Source: an uncultured Elusimicrobia bacterium
GTDB lineage: Bacteria; Elusimicrobiota; Elusimicrobia; 2-01-FULL-59-12
Reading direction: 5' to 3'
Assembly (NCBI GenBank): GCA_963702895.1
Contig: OY969767.1
Span: 2,464,001-2,528,000 of the forward strand
DNA length: 64,000 nt
This document shows, in pieces, positions 18,902-28,686 of this stretch; the first letter of the stretch is position 1; every line of letters begins with the position of its first letter. The translations under genes were made by a program, and so were the position numbers. A model generated the notes under the pieces. It was given only the letters and a program-made list of their open reading frames with translations, made no database searches and was not told where the DNA came from.

Positions 18902-19312
18902 TTATGATGAAAGCAACTCCTTGAGAGTCTTCCATTGGTTCGCGGTCACAGGCTGAACGGAGAGCCGGCTGTTTTTGAGAAGGACCATCTCAGAGAGCGC
19001 AGGGAGCTGCTTGATCTGATCGAGACTCAGCGGCCTGGCAAAGGTTTTCTTATAGCGCACATCCACTTGATCCCAACACGACCCCTCGGCTGTCGTGTCG
19101 GGATAGGCTTCACGGGTGATTTCCATGAGACCGACGATGGCGGGGGGCCTGGCGCTGGAGTGATAAAAGAAGGCGAGGTCTCCCCGACGCATGGCACGCA
19201 AGAATTTGCGCGCCTGATAGTTGCGAACGCCCTCCCAGCCCGCGACACGGCTGCGGCGCAGGTCTTCAATCGAGAAGACATTCGGCTCCGACTTCATCAA
19301 CCAATAGGCCAT
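18902..19312 (-). CDS. EVE domain protein
   Basis: YWLMKSEP, WEGVRNYQAR, FYHS, RLSVQPV motifs. Confidence 0.92.
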   Translation of the reverse strand: MAYWLMKSEPNVFSIEDLRRSRVAGWEGVRNYQARKFLRAMRRGDLAFFYHSSARPPAIVGLMEITREAYPDTTAEGSCWDQVDVRYKKTFARPLSLDQIKQLPALSEMVLLKNSRLSVQPVTANQWKTLKELLSS

Positions 19313-19313
19313 C

Positions 19314-19358
19314 AAAAACGAGGGGAGAAAGGAATTCGCCTTCCCGTCTCCCCTCGTG
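19314..19358 (-). terminator. Intrinsic terminator-like hairpin after the 53-aa gene
   Basis: Minus strand acgaggggaga..tctcccctcgt followed by a T-run. Confidence 0.55.
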
Positions 19359-19366
19359 ATACTCCT

Positions 19367-19528
19367 TTAGCTCCGGTGTTTCTCAACAAACTTCCTTATG
19401 TCTTCCACGTGCTCCAAAATCAGCCGGGCTTTTTTAAGGCCAAACTGAAACGGGAACTTATCTTCCGGGGCATGGCGAATAATAAGCATCGCATTGCCCC
19501 GGTAGTCACCTTCCATGATTTCAGACAT
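19367..19528 (-). CDS. Small 53-aa protein absent from the ORF track
   Basis: Hand translation MSEIMEGDYRGNAMLIIRHAPEDKFPFQFGLKKARLILEHVEDIRKFVEKHRS; RBS aaggagg. Confidence 0.8.
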   Translation of the reverse strand: MSEIMEGDYRGNAMLIIRHAPEDKFPFQFGLKKARLILEHVEDIRKFVEKHRS

Positions 19529-19608
19529 GTCCGCATCCTCCTTTATGAGATGTGCCTCATAAGCTTAGATGCAGAATTTCAAAAAATATTCACGCCTCCG
19601 ACGACAAT

Positions 19609-19872
19609 CTAGTGCAGGAGCTCCCTGGCGGCCGACCAGACCAGGACGAGAGCGACTGCGATGGCCATGGCGTAGCCCACCCAGAGAAGGCCTGTCAAGG
19701 CGGCCTTCCAAGGCGAAGCGGCGGACAATGGCTCCGCCCCAATCCCTTCACTGGCGATGGTATCAAACAGAAATTCCCGCCCTGGTGATGTGCTCTCCGA
19801 TGGAGCTTGCGCGATGTCTGGAGTGTGTACTTCTTGTTCCGGTGCGAGAGTCGACGTCCCTTGGTCTCCCAT
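19609..19872 (-). CDS. Small hypothetical protein with C-terminal TM helix
   Basis: ATG preceded by gggagg; hydrophobic C-terminus. Confidence 0.55.
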   Translation of the reverse strand: MGDQGTSTLAPEQEVHTPDIAQAPSESTSPGREFLFDTIASEGIGAEPLSAASPWKAALTGLLWVGYAMAIAVALVLVWSAARELLH

Positions 19873-20143
19873 GTGGTCTACCTCCCGACGTATATTAAAG
19901 CGCTCTTCGAAGAGGAATGCAACTCGAAGCTGGCCGTTTTTAAGGCCCCCCTGACCACCCTGAGGCGCGAAGCGAACGCACCGCCAATAAGGCTTTTTAA
20001 GCGCCGTTGCGGCAACCGTGAACTTGCCAATATGCATCTATTTCTAGATGTCTTTTTGAATTTTATGTTTCTGACTGTTAAGGCATTTGCAGGGCGAAAC
20101 CAGATCTTGCGCCTCTTTTGATCTGCTCCTACATTGGAGCGTT

Positions 20144-20965
20144 ATGAAAAAAATATTCTGGGTCGCAGGGGTCTTCGCGCTGAGCTTGCCGATCGCGCGA
20201 GCGGAGTATAAACCCGCCTTCCAAGAAGGCGAGGACCTGACCTTTGCGATCCGCTGGGGTGTGATCACCGGCGGCTACGCGACACTGAGCGTTCCATCCA
20301 TCGATCTCATCGGCGAGCAGAAAGCTTTTCATATCCTTTCGAAAGCCCAGTCCACGGGTTTCGTGGACACCTTCTATAAGGTCAGAGATATCAACGAAGC
20401 GTGGATGGACACGGAGCGCCCGCGTTCTCTGCGCTACTCAAAAAATATAAACGAGGGCAGCTACCGTGTCGATCAGAGTGTCGAGCTTGACCACGAAAAC
20501 CTTACGTTTCGCATGACCGAGGTCCGACACGACAAAAACGGCGAGAAGGTGGAAAAGACGGGGGACATCTCGCCGGATGTGCTGGACGTTCTCTCAAGCC
20601 TCTACTATATCCGGTCCCTTCCTTTAGAGGTCGGAAAATCCTTCACGATGGATGTCCATTCTGGGAAAAAAACCTGGCCGCTTGTCGTCAAAGTGAAGAA
20701 GATGGAGAAAGTCCGGGTCAAGGCGGGCAAATTCTTATGTTACCGGGTTGAGCCCGTGCTTCGAGGGCCCGGTATTTTTGTCAGCAAAGCTAAAAAGATG
20801 GAAGTTTGGCTCACGGCCGATGGCCCCCATATGCCGGTGCTCATGCGTTCCGAGATCTTCATCGGACATGTCTCGGCGGAGCTCGTCAAGCATAAGATTC
20901 CGCCAGCCCCCGAAACGCCGCCCGACCTCGCCACCGCTCTTGTGTCACCCCCTCATCACCTCTAA
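20144..20965 (+). CDS. DUF3108-like exported protein
   Basis: Signal peptide, GEDLTF, DVLSSLYYIR, VKAGKF, W.T.D..H.P pattern. Confidence 0.8.
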   Translation: MKKIFWVAGVFALSLPIARAEYKPAFQEGEDLTFAIRWGVITGGYATLSVPSIDLIGEQKAFHILSKAQSTGFVDTFYKVRDINEAWMDTERPRSLRYSKNINEGSYRVDQSVELDHENLTFRMTEVRHDKNGEKVEKTGDISPDVLDVLSSLYYIRSLPLEVGKSFTMDVHSGKKTWPLVVKVKKMEKVRVKAGKFLCYRVEPVLRGPGIFVSKAKKMEVWLTADGPHMPVLMRSEIFIGHVSAELVKHKIPPAPETPPDLATALVSPPHHL

Positions 20966-21046
20966 TCAGTCATTGCCAACCCCGGTCAATTAGAAGTAGT
21001 ATTTAGGCGAGGGGTCAGTTCCTTATCATTCGAGACTGGATGAGCC

Positions 21047-22042
21047 ATGAGCGAAGCGTTATCGGACACCCCCATTGACCCTACCCAGGATGACCTAGCT
21101 ACCAAGCTTCAACAAGTCCCTATCCGTCTCATCAGGCCGTCCCCTCACCAGGCGCGCAAACACTTTGAGGAAGAAAGTCTTTGGAAGCTGGCAGAGTCTC
21201 TCCGGCAGGAAGGGCTGATTCAGCCGATCACCGTGAGGCGTCTTCTGCCGATGGCTGGCGATCGGGAAGACCCTGGGTATGAGCTCGTCTCCGGAGAAAG
21301 ACGCCTGAGGGCTGCCAAACTTTTGAAGTGGGAATCGATCGAGGCCCGTGTGATCTCCGTGATCAGCGAAGGAGAGGTCGCCGCCAAAGGGCTCATCGAG
21401 AATCTTCAGAGGGAGGATTTAAACCCCCTTGAAGAGTCCGAAGGCTTCGCGCAGCTCAATACGGTCGATCCCACTTACTGGACCCATGAGCGAATCGCTC
21501 AAGTCACAGGGAAAAGCAGGGTCTACATTACTCAATCCCTGTCGCTTTTGCGTCTACCCGAAGCCATTCGGGAGGATGTTCGCCGGCGAACATACAGTCG
21601 CGCACACGCGCTCGAAATCGCAAGACTCCCAGGATCGACGCTTCAGCTCGCCGTTTCCAAAATGATCCGGGACCGACTGACCCGAGAGCAAACCCGGAAG
21701 CTCGTCGATTCAATTCTGTGCGGCAAGTGCCAGCCCCTGCTGGGGCCATCCGGGACATCAGGGACACCCAACGTCTTGAAGCAGATGCGTGACCCGCTGG
21801 CAGATTTATGGCCGGAATTCACGACCAATCCCTGGATCACAGAACCCGGCTCCATTAAGGTCAAATATTTAGGCAACTGGAAATGGTCCTTTGAAATTCC
21901 AGGGCCGGAAGTGAGTTCGGACAAGCTCTCTGAGCTTGAACTCAAGGTTTCTCTACGGAGTTGGCTTTCGAAACTCCTCACGCGCATGGGACGCTCCCTG
22001 GCTTTTAGTCAAGAGACCCCAACCACCACGACCCCAAAGTAA
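21047..22042 (+). CDS. ParB/Spo0J-family protein (orphan)
   Basis: PHQARK, GLIQPI, SGERRLRA, ENLQREDLNPLEE plus HTH. Confidence 0.85.
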   Translation: MSEALSDTPIDPTQDDLATKLQQVPIRLIRPSPHQARKHFEEESLWKLAESLRQEGLIQPITVRRLLPMAGDREDPGYELVSGERRLRAAKLLKWESIEARVISVISEGEVAAKGLIENLQREDLNPLEESEGFAQLNTVDPTYWTHERIAQVTGKSRVYITQSLSLLRLPEAIREDVRRRTYSRAHALEIARLPGSTLQLAVSKMIRDRLTREQTRKLVDSILCGKCQPLLGPSGTSGTPNVLKQMRDPLADLWPEFTTNPWITEPGSIKVKYLGNWKWSFEIPGPEVSSDKLSELELKVSLRSWLSKLLTRMGRSLAFSQETPTTTTPK

Positions 22043-22176
22043 CGTACGGTTCTTCCTCCAGCGGGATATGCACACAAGACACACCGCCCATCACACCCTG
22101 AAGTGCGCGGGCTCAAGAATCAACTTTTCTCTAGAATTAGAAGGAAAATTGCTTGATTTCTCGGTGATGGCCTGCT

Positions 22177-23358
22177 ATGGAACATGAGGTAGCTCTCATG
22201 ACTGTCGCATACTCACAATTCAAGGTGCAAAACAGACTGGCCCAAATGGGTGTCCTCTTGGCCAGCGAACAGCATCTGCCCAAACTCTATGATCTGATCG
22301 TCCGCGAGAGTATGGCCCTGACCAATGCTCAGGTCGGTTCCATTCTGATTCGAGAAGGAGACTTTCTTTTGCCTGCTGCCACGCGCTCGGAGCTTCCTCT
22401 GGATGGCCAGGAGCTGAAATCCTATTCCTTGTCTCGCTTCGCCCGCAAGGAGGAAGGCCTCTTTCATACGATTTTAGACAACAGCATGAGTCTCAACTTT
22501 TCAGATCTTCACATGCAGCCGGAAGGGCGGCCGGCCGCCCTTTGGCCGGAATTATCTCTCTTCACGGCCCGAGCGTTTCAGTCTCTTCTTGCCTTGCCGC
22601 TCCATACCCCCCAGAGCGGTCAAATGGGGATCCTTTTGCTGTTGAACGCGAGGTCCTATGACGGAGAAGTGGGGCCTTTCGATCCGCAAATCGAAGAACT
22701 GATGATGGCTGTTTCCGCCCAGGCGTCGCTCGCCATTCAAAATGTCCGCTGGAGCAAGCAACTTCATCAGGCCTATCAAGACACGCTCTACCGCCTGTCC
22801 CTGGTCGCCAAATACCGTGAAGACCCCAGCGGCGCCCAGATCCGCAGGATCAGCCAGTACTCCGCGATTCTTTCTGAAGCCCTGGGATTTCCCGAAGAGC
22901 GCGTGGACAAAATCAGGGTGGCAAGCGCCCTCTACGATATTGGCAAGCTGGGCATCCCGGAGGCGATTCTCCTGAAGCCCGGCCGTCTCACGCCGGAGGA
23001 GTTTGATCGCATGAAGCAGCACACGACGCTGGGCGCCGTCATCCTCGGAGGGTCGCAAACAGAAATCCTCCAGATCGCAGAGAAAATCGCGCTCACGCAT
23101 CATGAGAAATTTGATGGTTCCGGATACCCCAACGGGCAGGCCGGTCTTGAAATTCCTCTGGAAGGACGGATCGTCGCCCTGGCTGAAGTCTTCGACGCGT
23201 TGACCAGCGCCCGCCCTTACAAAAACCCCATGACCTTTGAGCAAGCGGTGGAAACCATCCGATCAGAATCCGGCAAACACTTTGATCCCACCCTCGTGGA
23301 CGTCTTTCTCAAGTCGGCGGAAGGGTTTAAAGCGGTCTTGCCAACACCCAAAGAATAA
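22177..23358 (+). CDS. GAF + HD-GYP domain protein with degenerate HD motif
   Basis: LYDIGK in place of HDIGK, HHEKFDGSGYP, RPYK. Confidence 0.85.
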   Translation: MEHEVALMTVAYSQFKVQNRLAQMGVLLASEQHLPKLYDLIVRESMALTNAQVGSILIREGDFLLPAATRSELPLDGQELKSYSLSRFARKEEGLFHTILDNSMSLNFSDLHMQPEGRPAALWPELSLFTARAFQSLLALPLHTPQSGQMGILLLLNARSYDGEVGPFDPQIEELMMAVSAQASLAIQNVRWSKQLHQAYQDTLYRLSLVAKYREDPSGAQIRRISQYSAILSEALGFPEERVDKIRVASALYDIGKLGIPEAILLKPGRLTPEEFDRMKQHTTLGAVILGGSQTEILQIAEKIALTHHEKFDGSGYPNGQAGLEIPLEGRIVALAEVFDALTSARPYKNPMTFEQAVETIRSESGKHFDPTLVDVFLKSAEGFKAVLPTPKE

Positions 23359-23415
23359 CCGGAAATCTTCGGTTCATTCTGCCTCATCGTCTGAACTCGA
23401 TGCACTTTTTTGTGC

Positions 23416-23486
23416 CGTCACCCCGGCGAAAGCCGGGGTCCAGTTCAACGACGATGGACTGGATCCCGGTTTTCACCGGGATGACG
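23416..23486. repeat. Intergenic GTCA...TGAC double-hairpin REP-like element
   Basis: cgtcaccccggcgaaagccggggtccag..ctggatcccggttttcaccgggatgacg. Confidence 0.85.
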
Positions 23487-23546
23487 ACAACTGCAGATTC
23501 CCGGATAACGTCCTTCCGAAGCCAGCTTGATAGAATAGTGTTGTCC

Positions 23547-24149
23547 GTGAAAAATGCGCTTGCAGCGTGTTGTGCTATTTTCCTCTTTGGAGCATTGACC
23601 ATGATCGACGCCAAAACGAAAAAAGATTTCATGACGGCCACTTTTGCAGGCGGATGTTTTTGGTGCATGCAGCCGCCCTTTGAGCAGCTCCAGGGGGTCG
23701 TCTCTGTGAAGGTCGGCTATACAGGAGGCCTTCGGGACAATCCCACTTACGAGGAAGTCTCCTCAGGCGCGACAGGGCATACAGAGGCCGTCCAAGTCGT
23801 CTATGACCCTGCGAAAATTGCGTACGAAAAGATGTTGGACGTGTTCTGGCGCAATATTGACCCGACCACGGAAGACGCACAGTTTTCTGACCAGGGCACA
23901 CAGTACCGTACCGCGATCTTCTATCACACGCAGGAGCAAAAGCGCTTGGCGGAGGCATCCAAAGAAAAGCTGGCGCGCTCGGGCAAATTTCGGGACCCCC
24001 TTGTCACCCGCATTGAGCCCGCTTCAAAGTTTTACGCCGCAGAGGATTACCATCAGGACTACTACAAAAAGAACCCGCTACGCTATAACGCTTACAAGGC
24101 GGGTTCCGGCCGTCAGACGTTTATCGAGAAAAACTGGGAGAAAAAGTAA
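23547..24149 (+). CDS. msrA: Peptide-methionine (S)-S-oxide reductase (start uncertain)
   Basis: GGCFWC, GYTGG, AEDYHQDYY motifs. Confidence 0.94.
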   Translation: MKNALAACCAIFLFGALTMIDAKTKKDFMTATFAGGCFWCMQPPFEQLQGVVSVKVGYTGGLRDNPTYEEVSSGATGHTEAVQVVYDPAKIAYEKMLDVFWRNIDPTTEDAQFSDQGTQYRTAIFYHTQEQKRLAEASKEKLARSGKFRDPLVTRIEPASKFYAAEDYHQDYYKKNPLRYNAYKAGSGRQTFIEKNWEKK

Positions 24150-24163
24150 GGGGCAGGTAAAAA

Positions 24164-24577
24164 TTACTGTTCGAGTTTTCGGTACTCCGCGACTTTCTTG
24201 TTGTATTCCTCCGCCATCTTGGTAAATTTCTCGCGCTCCGCGCGTTGTTCCGCCGCAAGCTTATTAAATTCCGCGACCGCCGCTTTGCCGCTCTTGTACT
24301 CCCCCATCTCAATGGCCGCGCGCCTTGCCTCGACGCGCTGGGTGAGCTCGCCCAGCTTTTCACGCTGGGCCTTGAGGGCTTCTTCGTCCGCGGTGAGTTC
24401 CTTGTCCAAGGCGCTGAGGACCTGCTCGCGCACTTGATCGCTCTTCTTCTGCTGGGTAATCCAATAGCCAAGCGCGATGAACACAATAAAAGTGACGATG
24501 GCCGCGATGATCCCTAACGGCCTCTGCCGGGAGGGTTGTTCATCGCTGATGCCTGGAATGTCGTCTTGGTCCGCCAT
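24164..24577 (-). CDS. Hypothetical single-TM coiled-coil protein
   Basis: One TM helix followed by a heptad-rich charged helix. Confidence 0.65.
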   Translation of the reverse strand: MADQDDIPGISDEQPSRQRPLGIIAAIVTFIVFIALGYWITQQKKSDQVREQVLSALDKELTADEEALKAQREKLGELTQRVEARRAAIEMGEYKSGKAAVAEFNKLAAEQRAEREKFTKMAEEYNKKVAEYRKLEQ

Positions 24578-24610
24578 AGCCCTGGCATTTATGTTACAAA
24601 TTCTTTTGCC

Positions 24611-25258
24611 ATGGCCATAGAGGTCCTTTATGAAGACGAGTCCCTCGTCGCTCTCGCCAAGCCTTCTGGGCAGCTCGTCATCCCGGGACGCGGCGTCGAG
24701 AACTCCGTGCCTCTGGTCCACGAGTTGGAACAACACCTGGGCAGGAAGGTGTATGTGGTGCATCGTCTTGATCGCGGCGCCAGCGGCCTTGTCCTTTTCG
24801 CCAAGGACGCGAAGACCCACCGCTGGCTGAGTCAGAAATTTGAGCACCGCGAAGTACGGAAGATTTATCTTGTCCTGGTGCAAGGAGAGATCCTCCAAGA
24901 CGGGCAGGTCGCGGCCTCTTTACGTTCCTTTGGGTCGGGGAGAATGGGCGTCGATGCGCGGGGCAAGCCTTCTGTGACCGACTACCGCGTCCAAGAAAGA
25001 CTTAAGACTTCGACGCTCCTCGAGGCGTCCCCCCATTCCGGGAGACGACATCAGATTCGCGTTCATCTCTATTCCATGGGACATCCCGTGATGGGGGATC
25101 CTCTCTACGGAAGGCCACGCCCGGTGGGCAACGCCGCCAGGCTGATGCTGCACGCTTGGAAAATCGAACTGGAGCGACCGGATGGCCGTTGGTTTAAAGC
25201 GGAAGCGGCGCTACCCGAAGATTTCGTTTCGATTTTAGAAGCGTCGCGAAATGCCTGA
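24611..25258 (+). CDS. RluA-family RNA pseudouridine synthase
   Basis: KPSG, HRLDRGASG, GRRHQIRVH, GDPLYG, LHA motifs. Confidence 0.92.
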   Translation: MAIEVLYEDESLVALAKPSGQLVIPGRGVENSVPLVHELEQHLGRKVYVVHRLDRGASGLVLFAKDAKTHRWLSQKFEHREVRKIYLVLVQGEILQDGQVAASLRSFGSGRMGVDARGKPSVTDYRVQERLKTSTLLEASPHSGRRHQIRVHLYSMGHPVMGDPLYGRPRPVGNAARLMLHAWKIELERPDGRWFKAEAALPEDFVSILEASRNA

Positions 25259-25681
25259 TTATTTCTTACGCCAGCCGAAGAGCCCGGAGGATTTTTTAGC
25301 GTCGAACGACGCCGGCTCTTTTCCCAGAATCGTCAGAAGTTTCTTCTGCAGGGCGTGAATATCAAAGGGTTTCACAAGATAGTCCGTCGCGCCCGCGCTG
25401 AGAGCCTGCCGAATGACGACGGGGTCGGAGACCGCGCTCAGCATCAGCAGCGGCGTCCGATTGCCGCCAGCGCGCAGGCGTTTCGCGTAGTGGATGCCGT
25501 CTTCTTCCGGCAGCATGACATCCAGGATGATGACGTCCACGATCTGACGCGCCAGCACTTGTTCCGCTTCGCTGGTGCGCTTGGCGGAAAACACTTCGAA
25601 GAGCCCGGAATTCATCATCGCCACCGCCAAAAGCTGAAGCGATTCGTCGTCGTCAATAAAAAGGACTCGGGTTCTGGCCAT
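25259..25681 (-). CDS. Single-domain response regulator
   Basis: IDDD, LDVMLP, SA, KPF receiver motifs. Confidence 0.88.
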   Translation of the reverse strand: MARTRVLFIDDDESLQLLAVAMMNSGLFEVFSAKRTSEAEQVLARQIVDVIILDVMLPEEDGIHYAKRLRAGGNRTPLLMLSAVSDPVVIRQALSAGATDYLVKPFDIHALQKKLLTILGKEPASFDAKKSSGLFGWRKK

Positions 25682-25839
25682 GATCAACTCTTCCGTCCTT
25701 TTATACTGAACAAGAAGAAGCCCTGCAAGCGTTATTTCGGTTCCGGCCCTTCGGCACCCGCCCTGCCGGCGCGGCCGCAGGCTCCTTGGCAGGCGCGGAT
25801 AGACAACCGAGCTGAAGAACTTATAAATTGATTCTTCTG

Positions 25840-26682
25840 ATGAAGATCCTGTGGGCCTCTTCGCTGGTGAGTCTGTTGATGTGGCCGTGCTTCTCGGCCG
25901 CCGCCGAATCCCTTTCTTCGGAGGCCGGCTTTTTTGCCAGCGGCAAGGAAGTCTTCCGTCCTCTGATGGCCGATCCACGCGAGGTTTCGCTGGCATTGCG
26001 GGTGGTGACGCCCGTCGGCCACCGCGCCCTCGGAGAAGTCTCCGCAGGAGATTATTTTGGCCTCTACCGCTGGGTCCTCCCCTGGAAAGATGCCTATCTC
26101 CAGTGGAGCGTGGCCGGCGGCTTTTTCGCCCGGTTTGACCTGGTCGCCGTCGAAAAGGACCTGCAGGTCCTGGACTTTACGGCCAGCATGCCCTTCGACC
26201 TGCGGGTCGGAAAATGGTGCATCAGGCTTCTTCCTTACCACCAGAGCTCCCATCTCGGCGATGATTACCTCGAGCGCACGGGCGAGAGTTTGACCAAGTA
26301 TTCCATGGACAGCTTCAAGACACTCGCCGCCTGGGAGCCCTCGGCGGCCTGGCGTCTTTATACGGGATACAACTTCACGATCCGCCACAACGAAGACATC
26401 TCCGGCGGCCAGATGCTCCAGGCGGGGTTCGAGTGGTCCTCCGCCTGGTGGTCCCATGAGCATGCTCAGCTCTATTGGGCCAACGACTTTCAGTCCTGGG
26501 AGAGAATCGGATGGAACCCCATCTTGAACACACAAGGGGGGGTGCGCTTCGCCCGCAGCCCCCAGGCACGGCAGCGCTTGGCCGTTTTTTTGGAATACGG
26601 CACTGGCCACCAAAGCTTTGGCCAATTCTACGAGAAAGAGGAATCGCACTGGGTCCTGGGCCTTCGCTTTGAATTCCTTTAA
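25840..26682 (+). CDS. DUF1207-like outer-membrane beta-barrel protein
   Basis: FRPLMADPRE, HQSSHLGDD, alternating-pattern C-terminus. Confidence 0.75.
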   Translation: MKILWASSLVSLLMWPCFSAAAESLSSEAGFFASGKEVFRPLMADPREVSLALRVVTPVGHRALGEVSAGDYFGLYRWVLPWKDAYLQWSVAGGFFARFDLVAVEKDLQVLDFTASMPFDLRVGKWCIRLLPYHQSSHLGDDYLERTGESLTKYSMDSFKTLAAWEPSAAWRLYTGYNFTIRHNEDISGGQMLQAGFEWSSAWWSHEHAQLYWANDFQSWERIGWNPILNTQGGVRFARSPQARQRLAVFLEYGTGHQSFGQFYEKEESHWVLGLRFEFL

Positions 26683-26767
26683 GACGTTTTCGCCAAGAGC
26701 TTTTGCGGCCTCCTCGTCAGGGCGGGTCGTACGCGCAAGCCGGAAAATCTCGTAGAATGAAAGCCGC

Positions 26768-28102
26768 ATGAACAGCACCGCCACTTTTGGAGACAGCGTC
26801 ATCGCGGAAGCCGAAAAGCTCCGCGCTTCGGGTCTTGACGTCAACCAGATCGCGGGTGCCCTGTGCAAAAAGGACCCTTTGGGCCAGAACTATGGCATTG
26901 GCATTCTTCTCGGCCGCGACGGCAAGCCGTTGCCGAGTTCCCTCACGCTTCTCGAATACATCGAAAAAGAGCTGCGCGAAAGCGGCGCCGGCAACTATTT
27001 GAATTCGGCCGCTCTCCAGAATGAAGTGCTGGAGGCCGTGCTCCAGTGGCAGGGCGTGCCCGAAGCGCACTGGCCGCACTTCCAGATTCTTTTGCCTTCC
27101 GATGCCGGGACCGGCGCGGTCCAAACGGGAATTCAAGCGGCGTTGCTCGTGAGCGACAAGATCTCCACCTTGGCCATCGAAGAGCTGGGATGGCCCGCTT
27201 ACAAGGCGATCGCCGCCTCGCTGCGCCTGCGCGTCCAGGAATACAAGACGGATGGCATCGCTCAGGGCGAAGGGATCCTCCCCCTCTATCAGGCCGGACC
27301 CATGAACACGACGGGCCGCGTGCCGTCGCTGGAGATCGTCAAGGCGCGCGCCGCCTCGGCCCAATCAGCCGGCGTTCCGGTGGTGCTCGACCGCGCCTAT
27401 TCAGGGTTTGAGTACGCCCGCCGGATGCTAACAGACGTCCGACGTGCGACGTCCGACGCCTGGACAGATCACCCTCAGCAATCAGTGCCAGTAGGCTCTG
27501 CTTCCGAAGGGTGTGGGGACGTCGGACGTAGGACCTCGGACGGCCTCTACGCTGAAATTATGAAGGAGAGTTTCCGCACGCAAATTCTGCCGTTCATGGA
27601 AGCGGGGGTCCCTTTCGCAGCCGCGATCAGCCCGACCAAAGCTTTCGTGACCTTCTCGCTGCGCCCTTGCGGGATCCTGCTCATCTTCCACCCCGACAAG
27701 GCCAAGGCGCAAGCGCTCTCCCCCAAGCTCTCAGGTCTCATCCGCGCGCGCGGGTCTTCCTTTGAACACCCCGTCACACGCGCCTTCGTGAAAGCCCTCG
27801 TCAAGGACCGCGCGCGCCTGGAACATGAACATGTCGGAGCGCTCCAGCGCTGCGCCGAAGCCGAACTCGCCTGGCAAACTCATGTGAAGGGAACTGCAAT
27901 CGAGCCCTTGTTCACCGATGCCTACGCGGGTCTTTTCCGTAATCCTCTGGCGCGCCCGGACGCGGCGAAGGAACTCTATGGCGCGCACCTCTATCCCGTC
28001 TTCGCCGAAGGCCGGTGCCGTCTCAATGTCACCGGGTTGCCTGCGGATCCCAAACAGGCCTCTTCTCATGCAACCTATTTCGCGAAGTATTGTTATCTTT
28101 AG
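26768..28102 (+). CDS. PLP-dependent aminotransferase class I/II-like, with in-frame 107-nt insertion
   Basis: AGTGA, DRAYSGF, SPTKAF (putative PLP lysine). Confidence 0.72.
   Translation: MNSTATFGDSVIAEAEKLRASGLDVNQIAGALCKKDPLGQNYGIGILLGRDGKPLPSSLTLLEYIEKELRESGAGNYLNSAALQNEVLEAVLQWQGVPEAHWPHFQILLPSDAGTGAVQTGIQAALLVSDKISTLAIEELGWPAYKAIAASLRLRVQEYKTDGIAQGEGILPLYQAGPMNTTGRVPSLEIVKARAASAQSAGVPVVLDRAYSGFEYARRMLTDVRRATSDAWTDHPQQSVPVGSASEGCGDVGRRTSDGLYAEIMKESFRTQILPFMEAGVPFAAAISPTKAFVTFSLRPCGILLIFHPDKAKAQALSPKLSGLIRARGSSFEHPVTRAFVKALVKDRARLEHEHVGALQRCAEAELAWQTHVKGTAIEPLFTDAYAGLFRNPLARPDAAKELYGAHLYPVFAEGRCRLNVTGLPADPKQASSHATYFAKYCYL
27436..27542. repeat. 107-nt MITE-like element with inverted (GTCCGAC)n arms, copy 2
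   Basis: Same length, arms and internal tcaccc/ccgaagg landmarks as 14721-14827. Confidence 0.85.
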
Positions 28103-28592
28103 CTTCTGTGGAGGGTTGACGCTCATGGGCATCTCGAAAGCCAAGGCGGCAGACTTAAAGGTCGGGGACGCGGCACCGCTTTTTACGGCTGCCTCCAGCG
28201 ATGGCACGCAAGTGACTCTCAAGTCTCTCATCGGCCAAGGACCCATCGTGCTCTATTTCTATCCCAAAGACGACACACCCGGCTGCACCAAGGAAGCCTG
28301 CGGCCTGCGGGACGATTTCGCGGCTTTTCGGAAGCTTTCGGTCACCGTCTTTGGCATCAGCTACGACACCATCGAATCACACAAAAAGTTCATCGAGAAA
28401 TATCATCTGCCGTTCGCGCTCCTGTCGGACCGGGATCGCTCCATCGCCAAAGCCTATGGCGCGGACGGCCTGCTCTTCCCCAAAAGGATGACCTTTGTGA
28501 TCGACAAGGCCGGCAAGATCGCCTGGATCAACCCGAAGGTCAGCCCCGCCACGCACAGCGCCGAACTGCAGAGCGCCCTCCGAAGTTTATAG
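28068..28592 (+). CDS. bcp: Peroxiredoxin (Bcp/PrxQ family); alternative start 28125
   Basis: FYPKDDTPGCTKEAC. Confidence 0.88.
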   Translation: MQPISRSIVIFSFCGGLTLMGISKAKAADLKVGDAAPLFTAASSDGTQVTLKSLIGQGPIVLYFYPKDDTPGCTKEACGLRDDFAAFRKLSVTVFGISYDTIESHKKFIEKYHLPFALLSDRDRSIAKAYGADGLLFPKRMTFVIDKAGKIAWINPKVSPATHSAELQSALRSL

Positions 28593-28686
28593 CAAGCTGT
28601 TCCCCAAGCTGGATTGATTGAGGGCCGGGGCCTTGACTGCCTGCGGCGCCACCGGACAGAAGCCCTTGAGCTACAATAGCCTCGCT

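Noticed and set aside
23400..23546. N-terminal extension of MsrA through the REP-like element
   Set aside because: An open frame across an intergenic palindrome; later starts (23547, 23601) give a normal protein, so it is not counted as a coding insertion.
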